Origin: Spirochaetia bacterium
GTDB taxonomy: Bacteria > Spirochaetota > Spirochaetia > SZUA-6 > Bin103
Direction of reading: 5' to 3'
Length of the DNA stretch: 64,000 nucleotides
Assembly: GCA_965208575.1 (NCBI GenBank)
Contig: CBDBOV010000003.1
Coordinates: 672,001-736,000 of the forward strand
Shown here: positions 34,120 to 43,612 of the stretch, one piece after another
Numbering within the stretch: the stretch's first letter is position 1
Layout of the letters: the number at the start of each line of letters is the position of its first letter
Made by a program: the position numbers and the translations under genes
The notes under the pieces: generated by a model
Seen by the model: only the letters and a program-made list of their open reading frames with translations
Told to the model about the DNA's origin: nothing
Databases searched by the model: none

Positions 34120-37100
34120 GTGAAGGGAACAGCGCAACTCGCGGTGCCGGCTGGGGCGGAGGAAGGGTTGCCGTCGCGGTCGGGGATCGGTCCGGGCGCC
34201 ACGGCACCGGCGGCGTGCGTCCTGCACGGCGCATGGGTGCCCGGCGAGGCTGGCGGCCGGTTCCTGGTGTGGGCTGAAACCACGCACCGCACGCGCCGGA
34301 GGCGCGCGGGCGACCATCCATTCCAACTGCGCCGGGAGCAACTCGCGGACGCGCTCGCGGAGGCGTGGCCGTCGCTATTCGAAACCGCCGGTATTGCGTC
34401 CAAGCGCGGTTCGGCCTGGGCCGTATTGCCCAGTGACGGCGAGCGGCCCGCGCCTTCGCTGGAGTTGCAGGCGGAGTTGGACGAGGAGATCGCCGCCGTA
34501 ACCGGCTGGGAGACCTGGCGGGTGGATGTGGCGGAGGTGGCCGACCCGCTCGCATTGCTTCGCGCGCTCGATCGGCGCCCGCAGGTGACGCCGCGCACGG
34601 GTGCGGCGCAGGTCATCCGGATCGGGGACGATGTGAGCTTCTGGAGCCGCTTGGCCGGGAGCTTCGAGCGGGCCGTTCGCCACCACGAGTATCTGCCGGC
34701 CATCTTCGCAGCGCGACCGGAGGCACCGCCGGCGCCGCAGTCGCGCCGCAACCGCCGCAACCGCGGCAACCGCGGCAGGATGGCGCGCGAGCGTGCCGTT
34801 CGGTTCGAAGCTGGCTGGGAATTCTCAGCCACCGCGGAGGAGAGCATCGTGGAGCCATTCGCCCGCGCGATGCCGGGGGCGTGCCGGGCGCTGTGGGCGG
34901 CAGCGCCTCCCAGGACCGGAGAGGATCCCGAGTTGCACGAGCCGCGCGCGCTCCTGCGCCACTTCCTGGCGGTGCACCTGCACCGGCTTGTTGGCGGCAC
35001 GCGGTTTCCGCAGTCGGTATTGAAGAGCGTCCAAGGGTCGTTTCTGGTGCAGGCGCTGCCGCCGGCTGAGCCTGCTCACCCGGTCGCACGGAGTCACGAA
35101 GCTCCTATCGGTGAACACACCTGGGCGCAGTGGCGGCGCTGGCGCGACCGCATGCGGCGGTCGGCGCTGGCCGCCGACGAACGGGTGTGCTTCCGCCTGG
35201 CTGACGCGAAGGGCGGGTCGCCCGACGCCTGGCGCCTCGAGTGGCTCCTGTCATCGCGCCGCGATCCGTCACTGCTGGATTCGCTCGCCGACTACTGGGG
35301 ATCCGGGAGCTCCGCGCGGCCGGGGGCGCGCAGCGTGCGCGAGATCCTGTTGCAACTGGGCCAGGCGGCGCGCATCTACGCCAAGCTCTGGGAGGGCATG
35401 GACAGCGAGGCCCCCGCGGAGGTGGTCCTGGACCGCGCCGAGGCGCTCGAATTCCTGCGCCGGCAGGCCCCGATTCTGCAAGGAGCGGGGTTCCGGGTGA
35501 TCGTGCCGGCGTGGTGGACCGCGACCGGCCAGCGGCGCCTGCGCCTGCGCTTGACGTCGCGGAGTTCGAGCGGCGCAGCCGCTGCCAACGGCACAGCCGC
35601 TCCCGGATCCGAGCCGGCGGCGATGCTGGGGTTCGACACGCTGCTCGCGTTCAATGCGCAGGTGGTCCTGGACGGCGAGCCGATCACCGCGAGCGAGTGG
35701 CGAAGCATCGTTGCGGCAAAGGAAGGCCTGGTTCGGCTGCGCGGGCAGTGGATGGAATTGCGCGGCGACGAGGTGGCGCGTCTGGAGGAGTACTGGGCGG
35801 CCGATGCCGGTTCACAGACCATGACGGTGGCCGACCTGTTGCGCGCCGAGGCTGGTTCCGACGCCCTGGAAGTGGTCTGCGAAGGCGCCGTCGGCCGCAT
35901 GCTCGCCGTCCTGCGCGGCACCGGCTCGCTGGAGATGCTCGACCAGCCCGCCGGGTTCGCCGGCGAGTTGCGCGGCTACCAGGTGCGCGGGTTTTCCTGG
36001 CTGGCGTACCTGGAGCGCCTCGGATTTGGAGCGTGCCTGGCCGACGACATGGGGTTGGGAAAGACCATCCAGGTGCTGGCGGCGGTGCTGCAGGACAAGG
36101 CGCGCAACCCCGATGCCGGGCCCACGCTGCTGATCGCACCCACCTCGGTGGTCGGCAACTGGCAGCGCGAAACGAGACGTTTTGCACCGGCGCTCACCAC
36201 CTGCCTCCACCACGGACCGCAGCGGGTCAGGACCGGGGAGGCGTTCGAGGAAGCGATCCGGGGCATCGACATTGTCGTTGCCTCGTTCGGAGTCGCCCGG
36301 CTGGACGCGTCGGTCCTGCAGAAGGTGCGCTGGTGGCGCCTGGTCGTGGACGAGTCCCAGAACGTCAAGAACCCGACGGCGGCGGTGACCAAGGCGATCC
36401 GCGGCATCCCGGCGCGACGGCGCATCGCCCTGACCGGCACTCCCGTCGAGAACCGGCTGATGGACCTGTGGTCGCTGTTCAGCGTGCTCAATCCCGGCTT
36501 CCTGGGCACCATGGCCGAGTTTCGCAAGAACGTGGAGCGGCCGATCATGCGCGACCGCAGCCGCGCGGCGACCGAGCGTCTGCGCAGCCTGGTGCGCCCG
36601 TTCATCCTGCGCCGCATGAAAACCGACCGTGCGATCATCAAGGATCTGCCCGACAAGGTGGAACAGAACTCCTACTGCAATCTGACTCCCGAGCAAGCCA
36701 CCCTGTATGAAGCGGTTGTCCGCGACCTGGAAGCGAGGCTCCGGGACACCGAGGAGAGCGGGCGCCAGGGGCTGCTGCTCTCCACGCTGCTGCGCCTGAA
36801 GCAGATCTGCAACCATCCGGCGCAGTTTCTCCAGGATGCCAGCGAGTTCACCGAGACACGCTCGCACAAGCTGGCGCGCGTTTGCGAGATGCTCGACGAG
36901 ATCGAGGCGGAGCGCGAATCGGTGCTGGTGTTCACTCAGTTCACGGAAATCGGCAAATCGCTGGAAGCGCTGTTCCGGCGGCGCTACGGCGGCGCGGTCT
37001 ACTACCTGCATGGCGGCACGCCGCGGGCGCGGCGCGAGCACATGGTGGAGGAGTTCCAGGATCCCGAAGCCGAGCCGGCGATCTTCGTGCTGTCGTTGCG

Positions 37101-37407
37101 TGCCGGCGGCACCGGCATCACGCTGACGCGGGCGAATCACGTCATTCACTTCGATCGCTGGTGGAATCCCGCCGTCGAGAACCAGGCCACCGACCGCGCC
37201 TACCGCATCGGGCAGCGCAACAGCGTGTTCGTCCACAAGATGGTGACCATGGGCACGCTCGAGGAGCGCATCGACGCGTTGATCGAGTCCAAGAAGAAGC
37301 TGGCGGAGGATATCGTGGGCGGCGACGAGTCGTGGCTGGCGAATCTGGACAACGACGCCTTTCGTCGGTTGATCGCGCTGGACCGCGGCGACGCGGTCGT
37401 GAGCTGA
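34120..37407 (+). CDS. SNF2-family (SWI2/SNF2) helicase-like ATPase
   Basis: LRGYQ..G, LADDMGLGKT, DESQNVKN, LTGTPVEN, LRRMK, VFTQF, FDRWWNPAVENQATDRAYRIGQ. This is the real 3' part of the 2246-aa track ORF; start approximate. Confidence 0.9.
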   Translation: MKGTAQLAVPAGAEEGLPSRSGIGPGATAPAACVLHGAWVPGEAGGRFLVWAETTHRTRRRRAGDHPFQLRREQLADALAEAWPSLFETAGIASKRGSAWAVLPSDGERPAPSLELQAELDEEIAAVTGWETWRVDVAEVADPLALLRALDRRPQVTPRTGAAQVIRIGDDVSFWSRLAGSFERAVRHHEYLPAIFAARPEAPPAPQSRRNRRNRGNRGRMARERAVRFEAGWEFSATAEESIVEPFARAMPGACRALWAAAPPRTGEDPELHEPRALLRHFLAVHLHRLVGGTRFPQSVLKSVQGSFLVQALPPAEPAHPVARSHEAPIGEHTWAQWRRWRDRMRRSALAADERVCFRLADAKGGSPDAWRLEWLLSSRRDPSLLDSLADYWGSGSSARPGARSVREILLQLGQAARIYAKLWEGMDSEAPAEVVLDRAEALEFLRRQAPILQGAGFRVIVPAWWTATGQRRLRLRLTSRSSSGAAAANGTAAPGSEPAAMLGFDTLLAFNAQVVLDGEPITASEWRSIVAAKEGLVRLRGQWMELRGDEVARLEEYWAADAGSQTMTVADLLRAEAGSDALEVVCEGAVGRMLAVLRGTGSLEMLDQPAGFAGELRGYQVRGFSWLAYLERLGFGACLADDMGLGKTIQVLAAVLQDKARNPDAGPTLLIAPTSVVGNWQRETRRFAPALTTCLHHGPQRVRTGEAFEEAIRGIDIVVASFGVARLDASVLQKVRWWRLVVDESQNVKNPTAAVTKAIRGIPARRRIALTGTPVENRLMDLWSLFSVLNPGFLGTMAEFRKNVERPIMRDRSRAATERLRSLVRPFILRRMKTDRAIIKDLPDKVEQNSYCNLTPEQATLYEAVVRDLEARLRDTEESGRQGLLLSTLLRLKQICNHPAQFLQDASEFTETRSHKLARVCEMLDEIEAERESVLVFTQFTEIGKSLEALFRRRYGGAVYYLHGGTPRARREHMVEEFQDPEAEPAIFVLSLRAGGTGITLTRANHVIHFDRWWNPAVENQATDRAYRIGQRNSVFVHKMVTMGTLEERIDALIESKKKLAEDIVGGDESWLANLDNDAFRRLIALDRGDAVVS

Positions 37408-37423
37408 CGAGGAGGGCGGCACA

Positions 37424-38305
37424 TTGTCAGGGCGGAGCAAGACCTGGTGGGGCGAGGAGTTCCTGAACGCCCTGGAGAGCTGCATGGACGCCGGCCGACT
37501 GTCGCGAGGGAGGAGCTACGCCGCGCCGCGCAGACGGACGGATTTCTCGATCCGGCAGGGCAGGGTCGAAGCCACGATGGTCGGCAACGTCAATCCTCAC
37601 TTCGGCGTCTACAAGACCCCTTACTACACCGTGAACATCGAGCTCGAAAAGGTCGGCGCTGCCCGCTGGAGAGCGATCCTGGGGCGATTGGGCTCCAATG
37701 CGGACTGGGTAACGCATCTGATTCTGGGGGAGGTGCCGCCCACTATCGAGAAGGCGTTCGCCGGCTCGAGGGTCAAGCTGCTGCCGCGCACGGGCGAGGA
37801 GATTCGCTCATCCTGCTCCTGTCCCGACTGGGCAAATCCGTGCAAGCACGTGGCGGGCGTGTACTTCCACGTTGCGGCGCTGCTCGACCGCGATCCCCTG
37901 CTACTGTTCGAGCTGCGGGGCATGGATCGCTTGCAACTCCGGAAGGCCGTCTCACAGTCGGAGTTCGGCGCGGCGTTGCTCGGCGCTGCCGGCGCCGGAG
38001 ACCGCGATCCTGCCGCGGCGGTGCGGGAGCCGCGCATCCCCGCGGTGGCGGTGAGCGGCAGCGATACCCCCGCCTCCGACCTGCGGGCGTTCTGGCGCGG
38101 GAGAACGCTGCCGCGGGAGGTGACGGCGGAGGGCCAGGCGCCGCCGGTCTCCGCCCTGCTGTTGCGCCGGGAGGGCGACTATCCGGAGTTCTGGCACCGT
38201 AACACCTCGTTCATCGAGGCGATGGCGGCCGTGTACGAGCGCGTCGCAAAGGGGATCCCGCCGAAGTCCGCCGAAGCTCTTCCCGACGGCAGCCGGCAGC
38301 TTTAG
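37424..38305 (+). CDS. SWIM zinc-finger protein
   Basis: TWWG, RLSRGRSYA, CSCPDWANPCKH, DPLLLFELRG. Confidence 0.9.
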   Translation: MSGRSKTWWGEEFLNALESCMDAGRLSRGRSYAAPRRRTDFSIRQGRVEATMVGNVNPHFGVYKTPYYTVNIELEKVGAARWRAILGRLGSNADWVTHLILGEVPPTIEKAFAGSRVKLLPRTGEEIRSSCSCPDWANPCKHVAGVYFHVAALLDRDPLLLFELRGMDRLQLRKAVSQSEFGAALLGAAGAGDRDPAAAVREPRIPAVAVSGSDTPASDLRAFWRGRTLPREVTAEGQAPPVSALLLRREGDYPEFWHRNTSFIEAMAAVYERVAKGIPPKSAEALPDGSRQL

Positions 38306-38316
38306 CCGGATCCCGT

Positions 38317-39312
38317 TTATCGAGTCTGCTTGCGGCGAATCAGGCGCAGGAAGTCGGCCTCGTCGCGGCACTGCAGCGCGGCCTGCACCAGTGCCGCAAC
38401 AGAGACGTTCTGCAGATCGGCGAGGCGCCCGGAAAGCGCTGCCGACACCGCAATGCCTCGCGACTTCAACACGTGCAGCACGGCGGTTCGCGTCATCTCG
38501 ATCCGTCCTTCCGCGCGGCCCGCGGCATGGCCCGCGGCATGGCCCGCGGCATGGCCCCGCAGGCGTTCGGCCCGCAGTTGCGGGTCGTCTTCCGGCCCAG
38601 TGCCCTCGACGGCGCCCAGTGCCCGCCCCACCCGGCGCAACGCCGTCACGGTGGCATCCGACAACTCCGGTTCGTTCAGCGCGCGGTGGATCTCCTGCGC
38701 CGTCCAGCCAGGAAAGGCGCGGCTGGAGGGCGCGGTGCGAAAGACGCCGCCCGCCAACAGGTGAATCGTCAGGCCGGGACGCAGACCCGCCGGGCGGCTC
38801 GGCGAGGACTGCTCGGGCACCTCGACCCACACCTCCGGGAAGCCCCACGACTCGTACAGCGACAGCTTGCCGAGACGCACGTCGGTGGTGTTGTCCACCT
38901 CCAGCACCACGTCCGGCAGCGTGTCGCTGCCCACTTCGATTGCCGGACCGGTGGGCCGCGTCGTACGCGGGTGCAGATACACGGTCTGGTCGGCCTCCAG
39001 GATGCGCAGGTACGCGCCATCGTCATCGCGCAGCAGCAGGTCCGCGTGGCCGAATGCCTCGATCGGCGAGCCGCGCACCAGGGCGATCCGTGTCGCGAGC
39101 TGGAGTAGTCGCTGGCCCGGGTGTTCGTGGTAGACGCTGACCGGATCACACACCATGGCGACCTCGGTAGTGGCGTCCCAGTACTCGATGCGGCGCTCGC
39201 AGTGGGCGATCTCGGCGCGCGAGATGCGCACCGGCCGGCAACCGGGAAACTCGAGCGACGGCACCTCCTGCTGCGCCGGGTGCGGCACGATGGTGGCGCG
39301 GTATTCAGCCAT
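38317..39312 (-). CDS. Uma2/DUF820-like PD-(D/E)xK endonuclease, copy 1
   Basis: HEHP, EADQTVY, PDVVLEVD, KLSLYESWGFPEVW; helical C-terminal tail. Confidence 0.85.
   Translation of the reverse strand: MAEYRATIVPHPAQQEVPSLEFPGCRPVRISRAEIAHCERRIEYWDATTEVAMVCDPVSVYHEHPGQRLLQLATRIALVRGSPIEAFGHADLLLRDDDGAYLRILEADQTVYLHPRTTRPTGPAIEVGSDTLPDVVLEVDNTTDVRLGKLSLYESWGFPEVWVEVPEQSSPSRPAGLRPGLTIHLLAGGVFRTAPSSRAFPGWTAQEIHRALNEPELSDATVTALRRVGRALGAVEGTGPEDDPQLRAERLRGHAAGHAAGHAAGRAEGRIEMTRTAVLHVLKSRGIAVSAALSGRLADLQNVSVAALVQAALQCRDEADFLRLIRRKQTR
38517..38557. repeat. 12-bp tandem repeat, three copies (GHAA)
   Basis: (ggcccgcggcat)x3 in the Uma2 linker; absent from the paralog at 48967-49911. Confidence 0.9.
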
Positions 39313-39557
39313 GGCACCGATCCTACCACAGGAGCGACCGATCATTCCATAACCCCGCGGCACAGGGGCCGGCCCGCTGGTCACCAACAACCAGTGCGAG
39401 TTCGACCGGGCGGATGGCCTGCGCATGGCCCGCTGGGTGTAAGTCCGCGCGCCCGGCGCCCGCGGCGCTCCGCTCGCCGCGCGCTTGACCGGGGGGCAGG
39501 GGCGGACTACCGTGGCCGAATAATCACCTGGCACGGAGTGTTCCAAGGAGGAGATCG

Positions 39558-41510
39558 ATGACTACCAGAGGAGTGTTGCTGAGCGCGGCGCTGGCGCTGC
39601 TGGCGCCGTTTGCGCTGCTGGCGGGCGCCACCGAGGAGGGCTCGGAGTCGAGCACCGAGATGGCCGTTCCGGCCGGCAAGTACAAGGAAGCGCCGATGCT
39701 GGCGGCGCTGGTGGCGGCGGGAGAGCTGCCGCCGGTCGACGAACGGCTGCCGCTGGAGCCGCGGGTGGCGCCGCCGGTGGAGGAGGTCGGCACCTACGGC
39801 GGTACGCTGAACGTGGTGTCCATCGACAAGAACCCGTGGAACGACATCACCGAGTCGCCCGAGAACGTCGGCGCCCGCTTCCTGGAGATGACCGGCGACG
39901 GTTCGGTGGTGCCCGACCTGGCGCGCGGCTACGAGCTGACCGACGACGGCAAGAGCTTCACCGTCTACATGCGCGAGGGGGCGAAGTGGTCGGACGGCCA
40001 CCCGCTCACCGCCGACGACGTAGTCTTCGCGTTCGAGGACATGCACTGGAACGACCAGGTGGAGACCTGGAACCTGTTCCCTGGCGTCAGCAGGGTGGTG
40101 AAGGTGGACGACTACACGGTCCGCTTCGAGATGGACGAACCCTACTTCGCCATGGAGCTGATCATGGTGCAGTGGCCGGGCGGCGAGTGGGTCGCCTTTC
40201 ACCCCAGGCACTACCTGGCGAAGTGGCACATCAACCACAACGACGACGCCGAAGCGGTGGCCGCGGAAGAGGGCTTCGACTCCTGGTCGGAGGCGTTCCG
40301 CTACCACTTCTGGTGGGCGCCGCTGAACGACCTGGACAAGCCGACGGTGATGGCGTGGCGGATTTCCGATCTCACCGCGACGGTCAAGGCGCTTGAGCGC
40401 AATCCATACTTCTACCAGGTCGACGAGGCGGGCCAGCAGCTTCCCTACATCGACCGCGTGGTCGCCACCATCGTGGACCCGGAGCTGTACCACCTGAAGA
40501 TCATCCAGGGCGAGGCGGACATCGCCTCCATGTTTACGGAGTTCAAGAACTGGACCCTGTACAAGCAGAACGAGGAGGCGGGCGACTACACCGTGCACCC
40601 GGCGGCGGGCATCACCGCGGCGCAGACCGGCCTGGAGATCAACCAGAATCACGACGATCCGGGCCTGCGCCAGGTGCTGAACGACGTCCGCTTCCGGCAG
40701 GCGCTGTCGATCTCCCTCAACCGCGAGGAGATCAACAAGGTGATCTACCACGGCCTCGGCGTGCCGTTCCAGGCCACCGCGATGCCGACCGCGAGCTTCT
40801 ACAAGGAAGAGTGGGGCAGGGCGTACAACCAGTTCGATCCCGACGAGGCGAACCGGCTGCTCGACGAGGTGGGCCTGACCGCGCGCGACTCGCGCGGATT
40901 CCGGCTGCGGCCCGACGGCGAGCCGATGTTCCTGGCGGTGGAGGCCACCAGCCGCACCATGCTGGAGCTGGAGCTGGTCAAGGAGTACTGGGAAGACGTC
41001 GGCCTGGAGGTGGGGATCAAGGAATTGCCCAATGCGCTGTTCAGCGAGCGCGGCCGGGCGCTCGACCACATCATCACCGTGCACCCGTTCGAGACCACCA
41101 CCGAGGTGGCCAGCTACAACTGGTCGCGCGCCGGTCCGGGCCGCTGGTGCCCGGCGTGGAACCAGTGGCTGCAGGCGAACGAGGACATTCGCAAGGGCAC
41201 CAAGACGCTGGCCGACTTCACCGACGGCATGCTGCCCGGTGAGGAGCCGCCGCAGGACGTCAAGGACCTGTACGAGTGGGGCATCAGCAAGCCGCGCACC
41301 CGGTTCCTGTCACCCGAGTACACCGAGCTGTCGCAGAAGATCTACGACCTGTGGGCGGAGAAGCTGTACATCATCGGCACCGTCGGCATGGCGCCGCAGC
41401 CGGTGATCGCCAAGAACAACCTCGGCAACGTGGTGAAGGAGTACCCGCTGTCCGCCGAGTGGGCCGGCGGCCTGCACAACGAGGTCCAGCAACTGTTCTG
41501 GAAAAACTGA
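39558..41510 (+). CDS. ABC transporter substrate-binding protein, family 5 (different subfamily)
   Basis: AAGGAGG RBS; EAPML...GELPPVDERLP, YGGTL, KWSDG.PLTADDV, QLPYIDR, FRQALS. Confidence 0.92.
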   Translation: MTTRGVLLSAALALLAPFALLAGATEEGSESSTEMAVPAGKYKEAPMLAALVAAGELPPVDERLPLEPRVAPPVEEVGTYGGTLNVVSIDKNPWNDITESPENVGARFLEMTGDGSVVPDLARGYELTDDGKSFTVYMREGAKWSDGHPLTADDVVFAFEDMHWNDQVETWNLFPGVSRVVKVDDYTVRFEMDEPYFAMELIMVQWPGGEWVAFHPRHYLAKWHINHNDDAEAVAAEEGFDSWSEAFRYHFWWAPLNDLDKPTVMAWRISDLTATVKALERNPYFYQVDEAGQQLPYIDRVVATIVDPELYHLKIIQGEADIASMFTEFKNWTLYKQNEEAGDYTVHPAAGITAAQTGLEINQNHDDPGLRQVLNDVRFRQALSISLNREEINKVIYHGLGVPFQATAMPTASFYKEEWGRAYNQFDPDEANRLLDEVGLTARDSRGFRLRPDGEPMFLAVEATSRTMLELELVKEYWEDVGLEVGIKELPNALFSERGRALDHIITVHPFETTTEVASYNWSRAGPGRWCPAWNQWLQANEDIRKGTKTLADFTDGMLPGEEPPQDVKDLYEWGISKPRTRFLSPEYTELSQKIYDLWAEKLYIIGTVGMAPQPVIAKNNLGNVVKEYPLSAEWAGGLHNEVQQLFWKN

Positions 41511-41565
41511 TCGACGGGTGGCGAGCCATTGGCATCCCGACATAGATCCAGTGAAGGAGGTTCGA

Positions 41566-41601
41566 ATGATACTCAAGGAGCCGCACGCGCGCGCGGCGTG
41601 A
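41566..41601 (+). CDS. Leader peptide (uORF) MILKEPHARAA, copy 2
   Basis: AAGGAGG 5 nt upstream; same length and C-terminus as 25923-25958. Confidence 0.65.
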   Translation: MILKEPHARAA

Positions 41602-41640
41602 GCCGGGGGTGAACCCGGATGAGTCACACCCCGCGCGCGT
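41585..41640 (+). promoter_or_regulatory. Attenuator-like hairpin overlapping the uORF stop, copy 2
   Basis: GCGCGCGGCGTG...CACCCCGCGCGC (one mismatch); inner CCGGG-GGTGAA-CCCGG stem. Confidence 0.6.
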
Positions 41641-41707
41641 CACAAATCGACTCAGACCGGCCGCCGCCTTGGCGGGCGCGAAAAACAAACCGACACAGGA
41701 GTTACGT

Positions 41708-43522
41708 ATGCAGATCGTAAAACTCACACGGACCTTCGCGGTTGCGTTGGTCCTCGTAATGACCGCGACCGGCCTGTGGGCCGGTGGCGACAGCGACAGC
41801 GCCGCCGCGCCCGCGGCGGCAGAGCGCGAGTTGGTGCGTGACCCCACCACCGGCAAGATGATCCTCGCACCGCGTTATGGCGGGACGTTCAGCTTCGCGG
41901 CTGTCGGCACGCCGCCGAGCGCCGACGTGTGGTACACCCACCACTCATACGAAGCCATCAACGGTGTCAACGAGACCCTCGCTTTGGGTGACTGGGGGCT
42001 GGACAGGAACGTGTTCGCGTTCAACAGCGACGTCATCCCGGTGTCGGCCATGAGGGGCCTCCTGGCTGAAAGCTGGACGCTGCCCGATGACCTTACCGTC
42101 GTGTTCACCATTCGCGACAACGTGTTCTGGCACGACAAGCCGCCGGTGAACGGGAGGAAGCTCACCGCCCATGACATCGCGTATAACTGGAACCGCTATT
42201 TCGGCCTCGACCAGTTCGCAGACCAGGGAATCTCGCCGGCGTTGGGGGGGACGCGGGAGGGGATGTTCGCGTCGTTCACCGCGACCGACGATCGGACCGT
42301 CGTGTTCAAGCTGGTCCAGCCGCGGTTGGATCCCGTATCCGATATCTTCAATATGATCAGTCGCGCGATCTACGCGCCAGAGGTCATCGACCAGTACGGC
42401 GACGCCCAGGACTGGCAAACCAACGTCGGTACCGGTCCCTACGACTTGGTCGAATGGGTAGAGGACAGCACGTTGGTCTGGAGGCGCGTGGACAACTACT
42501 GGGGGTTTGACGAGAAGTTTCCGGACAACCGCCTGCCCTACATCGACGAGGTGCGCTCGATAATCATCAAGGAACCGGCAGCTCGGATCGCGGCGATCCG
42601 TAGCAGGCAGGTCGATCACCTTGGCATCGCCGGCGGCACGATGATCAACGACATCGGACAGGTGAACAGACTGCGCGAGAGCAACCCGGAGCTGCAGTTC
42701 ACACCGCGGATGTACCGCTGCGAGACCTGTATCGGATTCAACACTACCAAGAAGCCGTTCGATGACATCAATGTCCGCCGCGCCATGCAGATGGCGTTGG
42801 ACCTCGAGACCATGAACAACGACTTCTTCCAAGGCCAGGCCCACTGGGTGCCCGAGGGCATTGTCGGCACCGGCAGCCTGCCCGGGTACTTCACCCCGTT
42901 CTCGGAGTGGCCGGAGGAGATCAAGCAGTACTATCGCTACGATCCCGAGCGCGCCGAGCAGCTCCTCGACGAGGCCGGCTACCCGCGCGGGGCCGACGGC
43001 GTCCGATTCAAGACGCACAATGACGTTTGGGAAGGCCGCGACCTACCCTTCTTCGAGCTGCAGAACGCTTACTGGCGGCAAATCGGGGTGGAGGTGGAGC
43101 TGCGGCCCCACGATGGCGCCACCTTCGTTCCGCTCATTCAAAGTTTGGCGTACGAGGGCATGTCGGGGCGCGAGACGGGTTACTTCATCGCGGACGCTAT
43201 CGGAATTTTGAAAAGCAATACCCATAGCACCTCCACCTGGAACGCTCCGGGTATCGACGACCCGAAGTTGGACGCGATGCTCGACGAGGCGAGCGCGGCG
43301 ACCGACAGGACCGAGCAGGCCAGACTGGGCAATGAAATCAACATGTACGTAATCGCCAACCACTGGTTCCTGTGGTCGCATCGCGTACCGCAGATGTTCG
43401 TGTACCAACCGTGGATCGTCGGCCACAGTGACGAGACTCTCTTGGGAGTCATGGAACGGGGGCCGGTGCAGTTTGCCCGACTGTGGATCGACCAGGAGTT
43501 GAAGGACCAGTATGTCAACTAA
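41708..43522 (+). CDS. ABC transporter substrate-binding protein, family 5
   Basis: MQIVKLTRTFAVALVLVMTATGLWAGG, PRYGG, LAESW, VRRAMQMALDLET, LDEAGYPRGADGVRFK. Confidence 0.92.
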   Translation: MQIVKLTRTFAVALVLVMTATGLWAGGDSDSAAAPAAAERELVRDPTTGKMILAPRYGGTFSFAAVGTPPSADVWYTHHSYEAINGVNETLALGDWGLDRNVFAFNSDVIPVSAMRGLLAESWTLPDDLTVVFTIRDNVFWHDKPPVNGRKLTAHDIAYNWNRYFGLDQFADQGISPALGGTREGMFASFTATDDRTVVFKLVQPRLDPVSDIFNMISRAIYAPEVIDQYGDAQDWQTNVGTGPYDLVEWVEDSTLVWRRVDNYWGFDEKFPDNRLPYIDEVRSIIIKEPAARIAAIRSRQVDHLGIAGGTMINDIGQVNRLRESNPELQFTPRMYRCETCIGFNTTKKPFDDINVRRAMQMALDLETMNNDFFQGQAHWVPEGIVGTGSLPGYFTPFSEWPEEIKQYYRYDPERAEQLLDEAGYPRGADGVRFKTHNDVWEGRDLPFFELQNAYWRQIGVEVELRPHDGATFVPLIQSLAYEGMSGRETGYFIADAIGILKSNTHSTSTWNAPGIDDPKLDAMLDEASAATDRTEQARLGNEINMYVIANHWFLWSHRVPQMFVYQPWIVGHSDETLLGVMERGPVQFARLWIDQELKDQYVN

Positions 43523-43562
43523 CCCTTCGCCGCCCTTCGCCGGCGCTGCGGCGTGACGAGGG

Positions 43563-43599
43563 TGCCGTGGGATGGTGGCTAGACTGCCATCCCACGGCA
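43563..43599 (+). terminator. Intergenic hairpin between SBP and permease
   Basis: tgccgtgggatgg-N11-ccatcccacggca, a perfect 13-bp stem. Confidence 0.6.
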
Positions 43600-43612
43600 G
43601 TGTCGATAGCGC

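Noticed and set aside
30667-37407. 2246-aa giant ORF
   Set aside because: The first ~1150 codons are the stop-free antisense of GH116 and parD, a high-GC artefact. Only the part from ~34120 has SNF2 motifs.
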